64,000 nt of DNA, taken from contig CATNEN010000039.1 in assembly GCA_950097015.1 (NCBI GenBank), positions 12,152,001 to 12,216,000 of the forward strand, read 5' to 3'. The DNA is from Macrostomum hystrix. Taxonomy: Eukaryota; Animalia; Platyhelminthes. A program made the translations under genes and the position numbers. Below, piece after piece: positions 45,465 to 57,396 of the stretch. The notes under the pieces are model-generated. The model was not told the origin of the DNA, ran no database searches, and worked only from the letters and a program-made list of their open reading frames with translations. Positions within the stretch are counted from its first letter, which is position 1. Every line of letters begins with the position of its first letter.

Positions 45465-47483
45465 CTAGACATCGTGTTAAAATCCATCACCGAAGTATTT
45501 TATTTGAAAAATTAATTCAGCTCTTGAAAGCAGGATTATTGTTCATATTCACATTTTCAATCGATCAATATTGAAATTAGATCACTTTTTATTCCGGTAA
45601 GATCATTTCAGAAATATTTGTCGTACTGTCACTTGGTCTCCATCTTCCTTCCTGTTCTTTCTCCTGGTGCCTCATAGGGATGTCTCTGCATGCTCTAACC
45701 AGAATCTGAATATTTTACACTCAGTTTCGATTGGTCGATGCGCTTAAGCAGAAAAACAAGAGCCAAAAGGAAGTCAAAAGTCATCTTTGATGCGCAGTAG
45801 AATTGACTGTAGGCTCAGAAGAGCCTGTTCAAATATCGGAGGGAACCGAGAAACCAAGCTCAGTGGATCACGGGCAGTCGATTGATCCTCGGTCTGGTTT
45901 TAATTTTTTCCTCCAGCATGATTGGTGATTGGCAGCCTTTGTCCGTCGGACTCACTCCCAACGAGAGGGGAATCGAACAAACGCTGGAGAACACGCGGAC
46001 CATTGTTTAGTCCTCAACTAGTAAGTGGAGACTGAGCAAACTGATTTAGCCTGGCATTAGGCCTAGCAAACCTGGGCTGTTACTCGAGACACGGCTGAGA
46101 AGGGGTGGGCTGACGCACAGGATGTGTGCCGACTGCGGGCGGGGAACCCGACGGCAGCTGGCAGTCCTGTTGTTTCAAAGCAACAGGACTGCCAGCGCCG
46201 AAGTGTAGGCCCATTGCTAAATTCAGTTTGTCTAAGTCCCAAATTTTCAATCAATCTGGCCCGCCAAAGTCGGCAGGCAGGGCGGATGCGAGCAGCGGCA
46301 GTCAGCGACTGTGATGGAGTCGCTGGCGACGAGTAAAAGGCCAGAGCCGAGAGTTAACAGGCGCTCAAACAGCAGCTAATGTTGAGTGAGCGCTGAGCTT
46401 TCGACTCCCTCGCAGCCCCATTAACCATCGGCTTAGCGAGGCAAAACCTACCGGAGAGACATTGGGGTGGGGCAGGGGATTAACGCTGGGAAAACAATTT
46501 CCCCACACAGCAGAGAAGCGGAAGCATTCTTTGTCTTCCAACACGCCCCTTGGTGAGTTCAGGAAGTTTACTCGCCCGGGGGTTGGCGGCATGCCTGTGT
46601 TTTTAAGGCTGGCAGCGGCCTGTCATTGCGGGGATTTGATGAAGGGGCCCGTTGATTGCCGCTTTAGAATAATAGCCAAGGCAGTTTGGACTGCAGGGCG
46701 TCAATTGGACTCATCTTTCAAACTCGAGGGGACCCTCAGTCCCTGGCCTTAGCAACAATCAGCCAACTGAGTCTCTGTTCCATTGTCAACAGAGCGTCAA
46801 TCTTTGTTGTTTCCTTCGACTAAGCTGTCTCCAGGGAAAGGATATGACATAGACAATCATGATGCTCATTGCTTTTTTGCTAATAGAGTTCTCCATTCAT
46901 CAAATGCCAGTCTAATTCACTGCCGACTTCACAAAATATTTCTGACGACCACTAAAAAAAGCAGTCAAACCATTTGTATAAAATAATGTGCTCAATAATA
47001 TCGCATCCTGTTCGATCGCTTGTCCTTGCGAGGGTGTCGGACTGATTGATTGGTTTTTAGAAGATCCGTTGATTGAAAAATCTTTTCATTTAACGTAAAA
47101 ATGATTTCGGACACTGTTCACGGCTCACTGCAGACCAGTAATTAGAATTGCGAGTTGACAAAGGCCCTGGTCTCCCGGGAGGTTGTGGCGAAGATCGAGG
47201 TGTCAAAATTGAGTCCCTTTGACCATATAGCACCGCGCAGAAGTCGCAATTATCAGCGCCCGATGATAGCGAAATATTCCCACTAGTTTAAGTCGTGAAT
47301 TCAGGTGCGCAATCAGGGACATTGCTGTGGGCTACAATTATTCAGTTGTGTCATTTTCTTTTTAACTTGGGGCTATTGCTTGTCCTTACGGGCTCTGAAA
47401 CGTTCTAAAGATCAGCTACTGATACTTCAATAAATCGATCGCCCCTATAGTCCAATTCATCTCCTACTTGAATACGCCACATT

Positions 47484-48344
47484 TTCAAATCCGCGGAGGC
47501 TGAGCACTCGAATCCGCTGAGCGCTCAAATCCGCTGCGCACTCAAATCCGCTGAGCACTCCTACTCGCCCCCTACTCGTATCCGCCCCCGACTCAAATCC
47601 GCCACTAACTAACTTAATCCGCCCCTACTCTAACCGCCCCTACTCAAATTATGAAATGGGCGACGCTCACCACTCGCTGCGTCTTCGGACCGCCCCTATT
47701 TAATTCCGAACTCTACTCAGATCCCCCTATTCAAATCCCCCTACTCAAATCCCCCTACTCAAATCCCCCTACTCAAATCCCCCTACTCAAATCCCCCTAC
47801 TCAAATCCCCCTACTCAAATCCCCCTACTCGAATCCCCCTACTCGAATCCCCCTACTCGAATCCCCCTACTCAAATCCCCCTACTCAAATCCCCCTACTC
47901 AAATCCCCCTACTCAAATCCCCCTACTCAAATCCCCCTACTCAAATCCCCTACTCAAATCCCCTATTCAAATCCCCCTACTCAAATCCCCTACTCAAATC
48001 CCCCTACTCAAATCCCCCTACTCAAATCCCCCTACTCAAATCCCCCTACTCAAATCCCCCTACTCGAATCCCCCTACTCAAATCCCCCTACTTAAATCCC
48101 CCTACTCAAATCCCCCTACTCGAATCCCCCTACTCGAATCCCCCTACTCAAATCCCCCTACTCAAATCCCCCTACTCAAATCCCCCTACTCAAATCCCCC
48201 TACTCGAATCCCCCTACTCAAATCCCCCTACTCAAATCCCCCTACTCAAATCCCTCTACTCGAATCCCCCTACTCTAATCCCCCTACTCAAATCCCCCTA
48301 CTCTAATCCCCCTACTCAAATCCCCCTACTCAACTCTCCCTACT
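47484..48344. repeat. 14-bp C-rich minisatellite (ACTCAAATCCCCCT) with degenerate 17-bp lead-in units
   Basis: Tandem array ~47712-48344 preceded by related CTCAAATCCGC units. Confidence 0.93.
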
Positions 48345-50857
48345 AGCATACGTCTCATCGGCCAGATCTACCACCTGATTAGTTATGCTGTAAATAATTA
48401 GACAATCTAATCTACTCATTTTTAGTGACAATGGTCTGGCATTAAACCTCACTGTGTCAACAGCAGTGTCAACTTACTGACTTATAGCTTAAATGAGCAA
48501 AGGAATAAAAGGTGCAGACGAGAGAAAGCAAGGGAAAACTGCCTGGGCAAATCGTGCCTGAGCACAATAAAAGCCGCAGCCTTTAAATTGATAAAAATGA
48601 CAGGTAAATAGCCCACAAACTGACAGCTTTAAAGCTAAAAAGAATAATTTTGATGAATATTTCACCTGTCATTGCTGCTTTAGCTAATTTAGCAAAGCCT
48701 GACAAGAATAGGCCGTCAAGCTGATTGTGTGCATTTTAACTACTTTAACTATAACCAAACTAAGATAGTTTCAAGGTGGGTTTGCAGATCGTGACAACTA
48801 AGCAGTTTTTTTTTCGAGAAAACTGGCACCGGACACACTCGCACGCGCCACACACACACAGGTGGGACCAATAGAGTTTATTTGTTAGTTTTAACTCGGA
48901 ATTGGAATTCGGCGCGCTAACCACTCACGCACACCGGCGTAACTAGAGTCTATAAAAACTATTTAGGGGACTGCTGAATCTTAGTCAAAGGCGGTCTAAT
49001 TAACCGTCCCGTCACCCCCGACACCTTAAGCCGCCCCTAATTGCTCACACCTTTATAAAAGCGACACGCCCACAATATGATAACACACGCCAGAGCGGTG
49101 GAGGTGTTTAATGAGGCTTTAGACTCGGGGGTGGCAAACTTGAATGTTTGCACAATCAGTGGGATGGTAAATAGACTCGCCCGCTGGTTGATAATAGAAT
49201 TATTAAGATAGAATAAAGAAATGCTTTGCGCGTTGCGGCCGCCTGGCTGTTGGAAGCGACCAAGACAAACTGAGCGGGTGACAATGGTCTGTCTGCTTTA
49301 TTCACTCCGAATTTTCGTCCTCTTTGTTTTGGTAGTTTTTGTTTTGAAGTCGAAATGTTTACTCAAGCTTAATGAGGCTGTGTCACCTTGTCTCGCTATA
49401 GCAGCTTTGAGCTGAAGCTAGCGTAGGAAATTTATTTTTCAGTGTCGATTATAATACTAATAGATGTTTTATTATTTAAAGACGAAACATATTTCCATAT
49501 CGTGTAGTGCTTTAGTTTTCATATTGAGAAAATTAATTTTGCAGAGATTACGGATAGAGACATAGAGGCGATGCCACGAACGCAGCTTTCAGCCATAAAA
49601 ATGCTGCAATATGCATATTGTGCTTGGCACAATGCTATAGCTAATGAATGAGAACACTTAATTGCCTGGGCAATATGGCTTTAGCTACCTGCAGCATTTC
49701 CCACCTGTACGCATCAACGCACCCTCATCCCTTATTACGCCGGCAGGCTAATATAATACTTATGCAGTGGAAGCGCACATTAATTATTATCCAATAGAAG
49801 GCCTGTCACTGCTCAGACACCAGCCATCAAGTATCGTGGAGTCATATTCATACTCGCGTTTCGTTAGGCCTAATGGCCAGCTCATTATCATTCCTCAGCA
49901 AAAAAACTGAAATAATCGTCTATCATTAAATTCTCCCACGCAAATCCCCTCTGATAGGCGGGAGACCTGCAGATCAGAGGACTCACAAATTTGATGCTCA
50001 CATCATCAAGTTAATCGTGTAATGAGCCTTGTCTCACGTGGGTGGGGGGCAGTTACCTGCATGGCATTATCGCATCGTCTAAATGGGAATGCTCAAACTT
50101 GGAAATAGGCAATGTAATAGGCAATAGGCAATGTGCATTGGGTGGTGGTACATTTGCCTGCATACAATGGGACAGTTTTCCCTTATTGATTGTTGTCTCA
50201 GTTGACTATATCCAGTATGGATAGAAATTTCAATTAGCTGACACTAATCTACTACCTGTATTTTACTGCTCCACTGGGCATCAGTGCCGTATAAACCTGC
50301 GACCTCGCGACCCTGATGAAATGATGAACGGGGAATTTAGGAAAACCCCAGTGTCTAGAGTAATTTATCCCAATTTCCAACATCGGTGGCTGCGAAAGCA
50401 ATTGAAAATTCTCCCCTCAGTGAGCTACTAAATGAGGGGCTGTATTGAGGCTAATTTCCCCTTCTCAGCGATATTACATCGCGCAGCCTTACTGTTTTTT
50501 TTCACTCCAAATCCTCAAACAGCCACTTTGTTAAAAATCTTTCCTGATTCAACAAGCCAGTGGGCTGTTAAACTGCTACAAATTATAACCAAAATTGCCT
50601 TCCGACTGAGCTAAACTGCATGTAAAAATATATACTGTAGAGGCTTCAATTGTTTTCAAAGCCAACTTTAAACTTTCTTCGTGTGCAGAAATTGGAAATA
50701 GGATTGTTTTCGTTAGCAAAAACTCTCATTGCTTCAAATGAATAAAGAAATGTGAAGGAGAAAAAGGTGGAGAAAGTTGGTGAGGCGTCGGTCAAGTCTG
50801 AGTAGCTGTTTGCTCTGTGCATTGTTCCTTTAGTGGCGTAGATGATTCAATTATGAA

Positions 50858-50960
50858 ATTACACCTTGCCCATGAGTCGGGCCAGATGTACAGCCTGGCA
50901 CAGCTACACCTATTGTGCCGTGCATCCAAAGGCTGCGTACAGCTGTTCAGTCCACGGACC
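50858..50960 (-). mobile_element. SINE family B 3' fragment
   Basis: TTACACCTTGCCC..CAGATGTACAGCC..AGGCTGCGTACAGCTGTTCAGTC is the reverse complement of the family B tail. Confidence 0.7.
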
Positions 50961-51375
50961 GCTGCCACACTTACCCGAATTTCTACGCCAGAATTCGGCA
51001 GAAAAAGTTATTGTGAAAAAAATAATTCAAAATATCTCAATTTGATAATATTTTAAAAGACTTTTTATGTGCAGCAATTTGTGCACAAGACAAAGCTACG
51101 AACACATGTTTACTAATATTAATAGCGAGTACATTTACATAAATATATTTCGACTTTCTCTTTACAGCTAGTAACGGGTCAGACAAGGAAAGGTTTGGGG
51201 AAAACTTTGTTCAGTTCGATCGAATGACTAGTCTAGCTTTGTTGCTGCAATAAGTTCATCTAACTGGTGCTTCAAGGCCAATCCAGTTGATTCATTGCCA
51301 TCATGTTTGCTAAGTAACAGGGAGACGCGACAGGCGAGCTTGACAGGCCAGAACGCGGTGTCCACACGGGCGCTG

Positions 51376-54300
51376 CTAACAGTCGGCGCGGAGACCGTTG
51401 CAGCTGAGCCCCCTGGTGTCCACTGCGCGGCAGTCGAACTCATTCCGCAGTAGCTCCTCGTCAGTGCAGTCACCGTCCGCGTTGTCCATGATGTCATCAT
51501 CATCTTCGGGCATCGACTGTTCCTTAGGAGACAGAGCTGACTGCTGCTGCTGTTGCTGCTGCGACTCGTCCTCTGTGCGAACTCGCTTGTACTTTGTGCG
51601 TCGATTTTGAAACCAAACTTTCACCTGGAACAATGAGAAGCATGAAGCACGAGCTGTGATACATGCAGGCAATTGTAAAGGTCTCTCCAGAACTGTTGAC
51701 TTTTACAAAAGGCAAAATTTGCGTGTCTGTCAAGAGACAATCAATCAATCAGAAAATCAATCACTAAGATAATATGGTGCTGTGAGTGAGCTTTCTGGGT
51801 GTGGATTCCTAATAAATTAGCACAATGGGATTTTAAGAACAATTTAATTTCCGTGGTCTCGCTGCGGTTTAAGAGAATTCTTACCCCCCCTCCGGTGCTT
51901 TTGTCTCGTGTTGCCCAGGGATTATAGCAATCGAATAAGGCTGACTTCCTTGAGGATCAGTTTTAGGTCGAAAATGAGGAAAAATTGACAGAGGGGAACC
52001 TTGCGACTGCAGAGCGAGCCGACTCCCGAAGAATTGGAAATTGCTGGGATTAATGCTCCATTGTCCGGCCCTTGTCTATGTGGCATAATCCGCTGATTGT
52101 GGCATTGCTGTGCGGTCCGAGGACGAGAGATTTCCTTATAAGTGGCCTGCAGTGCGAAGGCTTGATTCAGCAGAGGACAAAGAAAATAGACAAGAAGGCA
52201 TTGACCGAGACCAGGCCCTGCTAATGTGCCGGATTAAGGGGCCAAATTAATGCATTCTCAAAGGTGCACCCGACGGCCGCCTAAACAGCTCGCAACTGTC
52301 AATTGTTGCATTCCAACAGGAGCCGAGATCCGGGATTTGGGCAACGATTTAAGCTTCTAATAATTAGCCGCCTCCCACTAAAATCACTCAGGCCCTACAA
52401 AAAGGATCAGAGTCAAGCATTCGCCAATATTATGTATCGATTAGCTTTGCTCAAAAAAGCTCAAGAAACCCTTGCTGAGGCACGCGCGATCGCTTTATTA
52501 ATTAGAATTTACCTCTTAGATAGGAAATGAGTGGGGCCGGCAGTTGAAAGTGAAATCCCGCGCCACGCAACTCGGAGCTGGGGAAGTCGCCCGCAAAACG
52601 GCAGTTTAGCACGAGATGCCGCAAGAGCTGTCGGAAAGGGCCCTTCGCGAAGGCAAGGACCTGCCTACTCTCATTTCCTTCTTGCCGTTTGAGTTCACTC
52701 ACTAATCTGAGCTCTGTCTAAAAACTGTTTTCCCCCGTTAAATCCACATTCCGAACCGGCCCCCCATTGCTGAGCGATTTATGAGCTCATATCCTAAAGT
52801 TGTCAGCAGATTCGGTGGCACAACTTCCCGAAAGTGGAAGCCTATATAGATATAGTTTGTGCGGAACGCAATTCTCAAAACCCGGCACACGCGCTTTTTC
52901 TTTATCCCCTCAATTCGCTTACTTTCCTTCCCCTTTTTATGCCGCTTCCTTCCACCTTTCATTTCATTCTCTTCCCCTTATCGGCTCAAATTTTTCTTCG
53001 GTCAGCTCACCCACTTTGCCCCCCCTGCTCCTCTTCCTATTTTCTTTTCGCTTAACGAGCTTTTGACACGAAGGCCAACAGTCTTCGTGCGGCAGCCACC
53101 GCGCTCCCACCGGATGCGAGATTGCGTTCCGCCCGAAGTAGTTATATGCATGTTTGCGTGGACAGATTAATCTATTTGTGCATTTATTATCTCTGAAATA
53201 GCATTAGCCTGTTAGCAATGGGATCTGACAAATGGTCCGACGATTGAGAGAACCCAAAGCATCAGGTGGATTCGCGATTCACCTATTATTCGCGAAACAC
53301 CTTACTCGTAATTATGAAAAAAAACCTCATTGTAACAAGGTTGCTTTGTATAGGGCTATTAAACCAATCGTCATTACAACGAAAAGAAGAATAAATTATG
53401 TTTTGCCGTAGACATAGTTCTTAATGCACGATGAAGCTGTTTCCCTTTAAGCGCTTTGGACTAAGGTAAGACTTTTTTTAAAGATCTTATTTGACCTGCA
53501 CATAAAAGAGAAAATTTCCCTTAAATTTTCTTGTTTCTTGAGTTCCTATAGGCAGAGATAAGTTGTCTCATGATTTCGAGGGCCAAATGTGTGAACCATA
53601 GACAGTTGCAGGCCACATAAATCAAAACTCACTCACCTGAGTCTCGGACAAGTTGAGGCCGGCCGCAAGCTCCTTTCGCTCCTGACCAACAACGTAATGA
53701 TTCTTTTCAAAGGCCTGCTCCAACTGCAACAGTTGTCCAGGCGAGAAGGCGGTGCGAATGCGCTTCGGCTTGCGGTAGCCTTGGAATAGGAACGCCTCCG
53801 GAGCTGCAATAAATGGACAAGGGTTTCAACAGGTGATGAACTCAGGTATCATTTTGAAACGCATTCATATTGTACGGTATATTAACTTTTGGCTAATAAT
53901 CTAATAAAGATTTGCTAGCCAATTTTGCTAGCTAGTAATTTCGGTCTCGATGATTTTCTTAGCTTGACGTTTGCAAAAGTCTAGCATTTATTTATTTCAT
54001 CGTTGATCCATTAAGTGCTGAGCGATCTAACGCGTTTGCCTGTCGCACCAATGTCATCTGAGCTAGATTCTGCGGCGAGGCGTGTACGTGTGTGCTCAGG
54101 AGTCAGCGAAATGAGCAGAATTGCCTCCTCACTGGCCGCGGGTCAAATGTGCCCAGTACCCAGAGCCCTTCTGCAAATATTGTTAGTATTGCCAAACCCT
54201 TCTTCATTTATCCTCTCCCCCATCTCTCCTCTCTGCCATTCTCTCTCCTATCTTCTCACTTCCGTCTTCGCTCTCTGCTCAGTTGCTGGAGGATGTATAA

Positions 54301-55497
54301 TTTGATTCTAAACTGTATCAGCATTTCAAGATTTGCAAGATCCTGGCCGTTAAACTGCAGACAACAAGACATGCGATGCGAGCTACTTAATTTTACCTAT
54401 GCATCAGTATATGAGGTCTCCCGCTGCTGTTTTTAATTGCACAGTTTGAAAACATTGTCTGCATTGTGCTGTGCAATTCACTAACCCGCTCCAGTTGAAA
54501 ATTCACGTGTAATACACAGGCGCCACACTTATTCTGCGGACTAAATTGAATGCAGGGGCGGTTGGGGTAGAATAAGGCAATTAAAAGCATTTGTTCTAAT
54601 GTTCCCCACTTGTTGTTGCTGTGGCCATTGAGTATAGGAGTGAGCTCAAGCTGCTGCGGGGTGTGAGGCGAAAATCGGGGTGCAAATTGCCCCAAGTGCT
54701 TCATGATTTTATCTCTCTCAAGCAACTCCTCTCTCCTCCCCGCAATGACTGTCTCTCACGGCAGTTTACTTAATTGACACACCGCTTGCTGCTAATGATG
54801 CCATTTAGTGCTGAAAGGTAAAATATTTTCTGTTTTATATATCAGGACCGCAATGCATGCTTCGGCGGACTAAATTGTTGACAATACAGACTCAAATTTT
54901 TTTGGATTGAATATTAGACAGTTGTAAATATACGAGAGAAACAGATGGTCTAACGCGGTTGCCTCTCGCACAAAGGTCCATGAGCTCGATTCCGCGGCGA
55001 GGCCACATTCATTTGGGGCGCAGCCGCGGAGAGAAGGCTTGGGGGCTTGTCGTGCAATTTACGCCCTTGAGAGCCAACCCACTCGGCAAGGGAAGTGTAC
55101 ACTGCCTGACGATGAGAATGTCAGGGAAGATGTACACACCTGTGTAAGTGGTGTGCCAGTGTACCGTATCCGTGTGCGTGTGTGCTCAGGAGTCAGCGAA
55201 ATGGGCAGAATTGCCTCCTCGACGGCTAAGGGTCTAGTGTCACCAAATAATAAGCCATTGCCTGCAGCCCTCCTGCAATTATCATTATTGATATTATTAT
55301 CTTAAAAGTTATCTGGATTTTTTTCCCTATTTATTGGATACTAACGTTCTTCTTATTTATCGTCACTATGCGTTTCTGATGGTGGTCTCACCTGGAATTC
55401 GAACTGCCCCCGGATGGCCGAACGACTGTGACTGCTGAAATCTAGCGTGCAGCGCGTGCAGCCACAGTCGATGATCCGGCGACTGCTGCAATAGGCT

Positions 55498-55539
<42 letters not shown>

Positions 55540-55866
55540 AGGTAGCGGCGGGGGCGACTGCTGTGCACCAGGTAGTCGAGGAAAATGGCCCCAGAGTCTT
55601 AGTGGTGTCGGCACTGGGAATCCAGCGGAAGCAGCTGCAGCCGCAGCCGCCGCAGCAGCCACAGCCGCCACATTCGCGCTGGTTACTGCGTACGTGACAC
55701 TTGGCGGTGTCAGTGGCTTCTGTGGTGCGCTCCCGTCGCAATTCTCTGCGTCCTCACTTTTTTCGTCTTCCGAGAGGGCGCGCGCCTGACTGTCTGACGA
55801 ATCTTGCTGATTTGTGCGTCCATTGTCTGACTTTCCGATGAGCTCTGCTATCGTGAAACCAGTCAT
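51376..55866 (-). CDS. EMX: Emx/empty spiracles homeobox transcription factor
   Basis: Exons 55866-55392, 53803-53637, 51624-51376; N-terminal eh1 motif FTIAELI; homeodomain [46 protein letters not shown]|[14 protein letters not shown] with intron at the usual Q|VK site. Confidence 0.95.
54015..54190 (+). mobile_element. SINE family A, internally deleted, Emx intron 1
   Basis: Head (TAACGCGTTTGCCTGTCGCACC) joined to the 3' part (GTGTGCTCAGGAGTCAGCGAAATG). Confidence 0.78.
54946..55300 (+). mobile_element. SINE family A, near full length, Emx intron 1
   Basis: Matches the family A consensus including the ATT tail. Confidence 0.87.
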
Positions 55867-57396
55867 TTCAGCCTCGAATTCGATTCAGTTCGACAGGAAT
55901 AAATCACTTCGTTTTCTGGGACTACACCAGTTCCTGCCTGATGGTGCACTGACAATCCACCCTTTGATAAGCGGCCTAGGTATTCTCAATTATTTGAGCT
56001 GCCCAAATGGTCTAGGCAGGCCCGCCTCTAGCTCAGCTCTCATTGGCTGTCAGCTAGCGGACCCCACCGCCCCCCGTCCGTCGCCATCCAAGCCCGAGTC
56101 AGTGGGCCGCCCTCTAAATTGGCTTTCTCTCGTCAGCCCAATCAATGCTAAATTCTCCAATTCAAGCATTATATCTGCTAGTATCCAGTTAACTGATCTT
56201 TAAAAGAGAACAGTCACTTTTTATGTGAGAAAACTATTGTGACACTTTTTAATCGATTGAAAAAAACACAATGGGATAGCAGTCTTGTGAGATGAGAATG
56301 AGAATCTTTGGATGATGATTCAAAGAAAAGACACTCTCGTAGCTTATTCATTTATTTATGCTAAACATATTCGACTTTTTGTTTGAATGTGACAGTCTAA
56401 AATAAAATATATTTTAAAATTCAATCATCGCTCCAGGAACATTTGCAACGAGCGACTCTACTGAAAGTAGTTTGACTCGCGAAACCAAGAAAATTGCATT
56501 TCTAACACTTTCTTTATACACAGCTCACTAGCTAAAAATGTAAGCACATGAGCTTAAAAAAGCAGCAGTTACTCAAATCTTAGTGTTACTCAGCTTTGAG
56601 TCGCTTTTGCTGACTGCAAGACTCGGAGTGGACCCCTATATTGTCTGTATTTTGTAGACAGCAACCTGCAAAGTAACTCTGACAAAATTCTTACGCTTTG
56701 TCGAGACCCTTTTTTAGTTCTCGGGATCCTCTCTCCAAAGATCACAAGATTTTATACCCATTGCATCTTTCGTCTAATCATTGCGTCAAGATTATTGCGT
56801 ACACTTTTATGCATCTTTTCATTGCGTACAGCTCATAATTACGACCAATAGACGAATAGAACATGGACCATAGATCCTCAAAAATAGACCATAGACGAAG
56901 TTTCTGTTTGGTATAAACACAAGAGATATATGTGCTGAAGAGAATGATTGCGAGACTCGTTTAGGCCATAGAATAAGGTGCGTCTTGGCCTTGAATAAAA
57001 TAAGATCAACTGCCACTCGTGGCGACACAATCTACGATTGAGACATAGCTTTACTCAAGGAAGCCAATAATAGCATTAAGAGCAGTTTTTAATACCATTA
57101 TCAGATTTCTACACGTCTGCGTGAAAATTGTCCCAGAACATGTAAACAGACATTCTGGCTGCCTAGTTTAGCCTGGAATACTCCAGAGTTTTATTTGAAA
57201 CCGGACTGAGCCGCTCTGCTACAATTTATTGCGGAAAAAGCATAAATGTAGAATAAACTGACTGGATTATATTTTTTAGCACCAAACAAAACCACCGGAA
57301 AACTAAGAAGGCTGCCGTTTTTTAGGAAAGGTAAGGCCACGTCACAAACAAATCTGCACCGGCAGAGCTGTGCAATACTATCTGAAGCTAGCAGCA

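Noticed and set aside
45116-45515. (AAFS)n and (NAAL)n ORFs resembling antifreeze or elastomeric proteins
   Set aside because: Perfect 12-bp DNA repeat with no synonymous variation; no sign of coding selection
47651-48346. 231-aa KSPYSNPPTQIPLL ORF resembling extensin or adhesive protein
   Set aside because: 14-bp unit is not a multiple of 3 and indels shift frame freely; minisatellite
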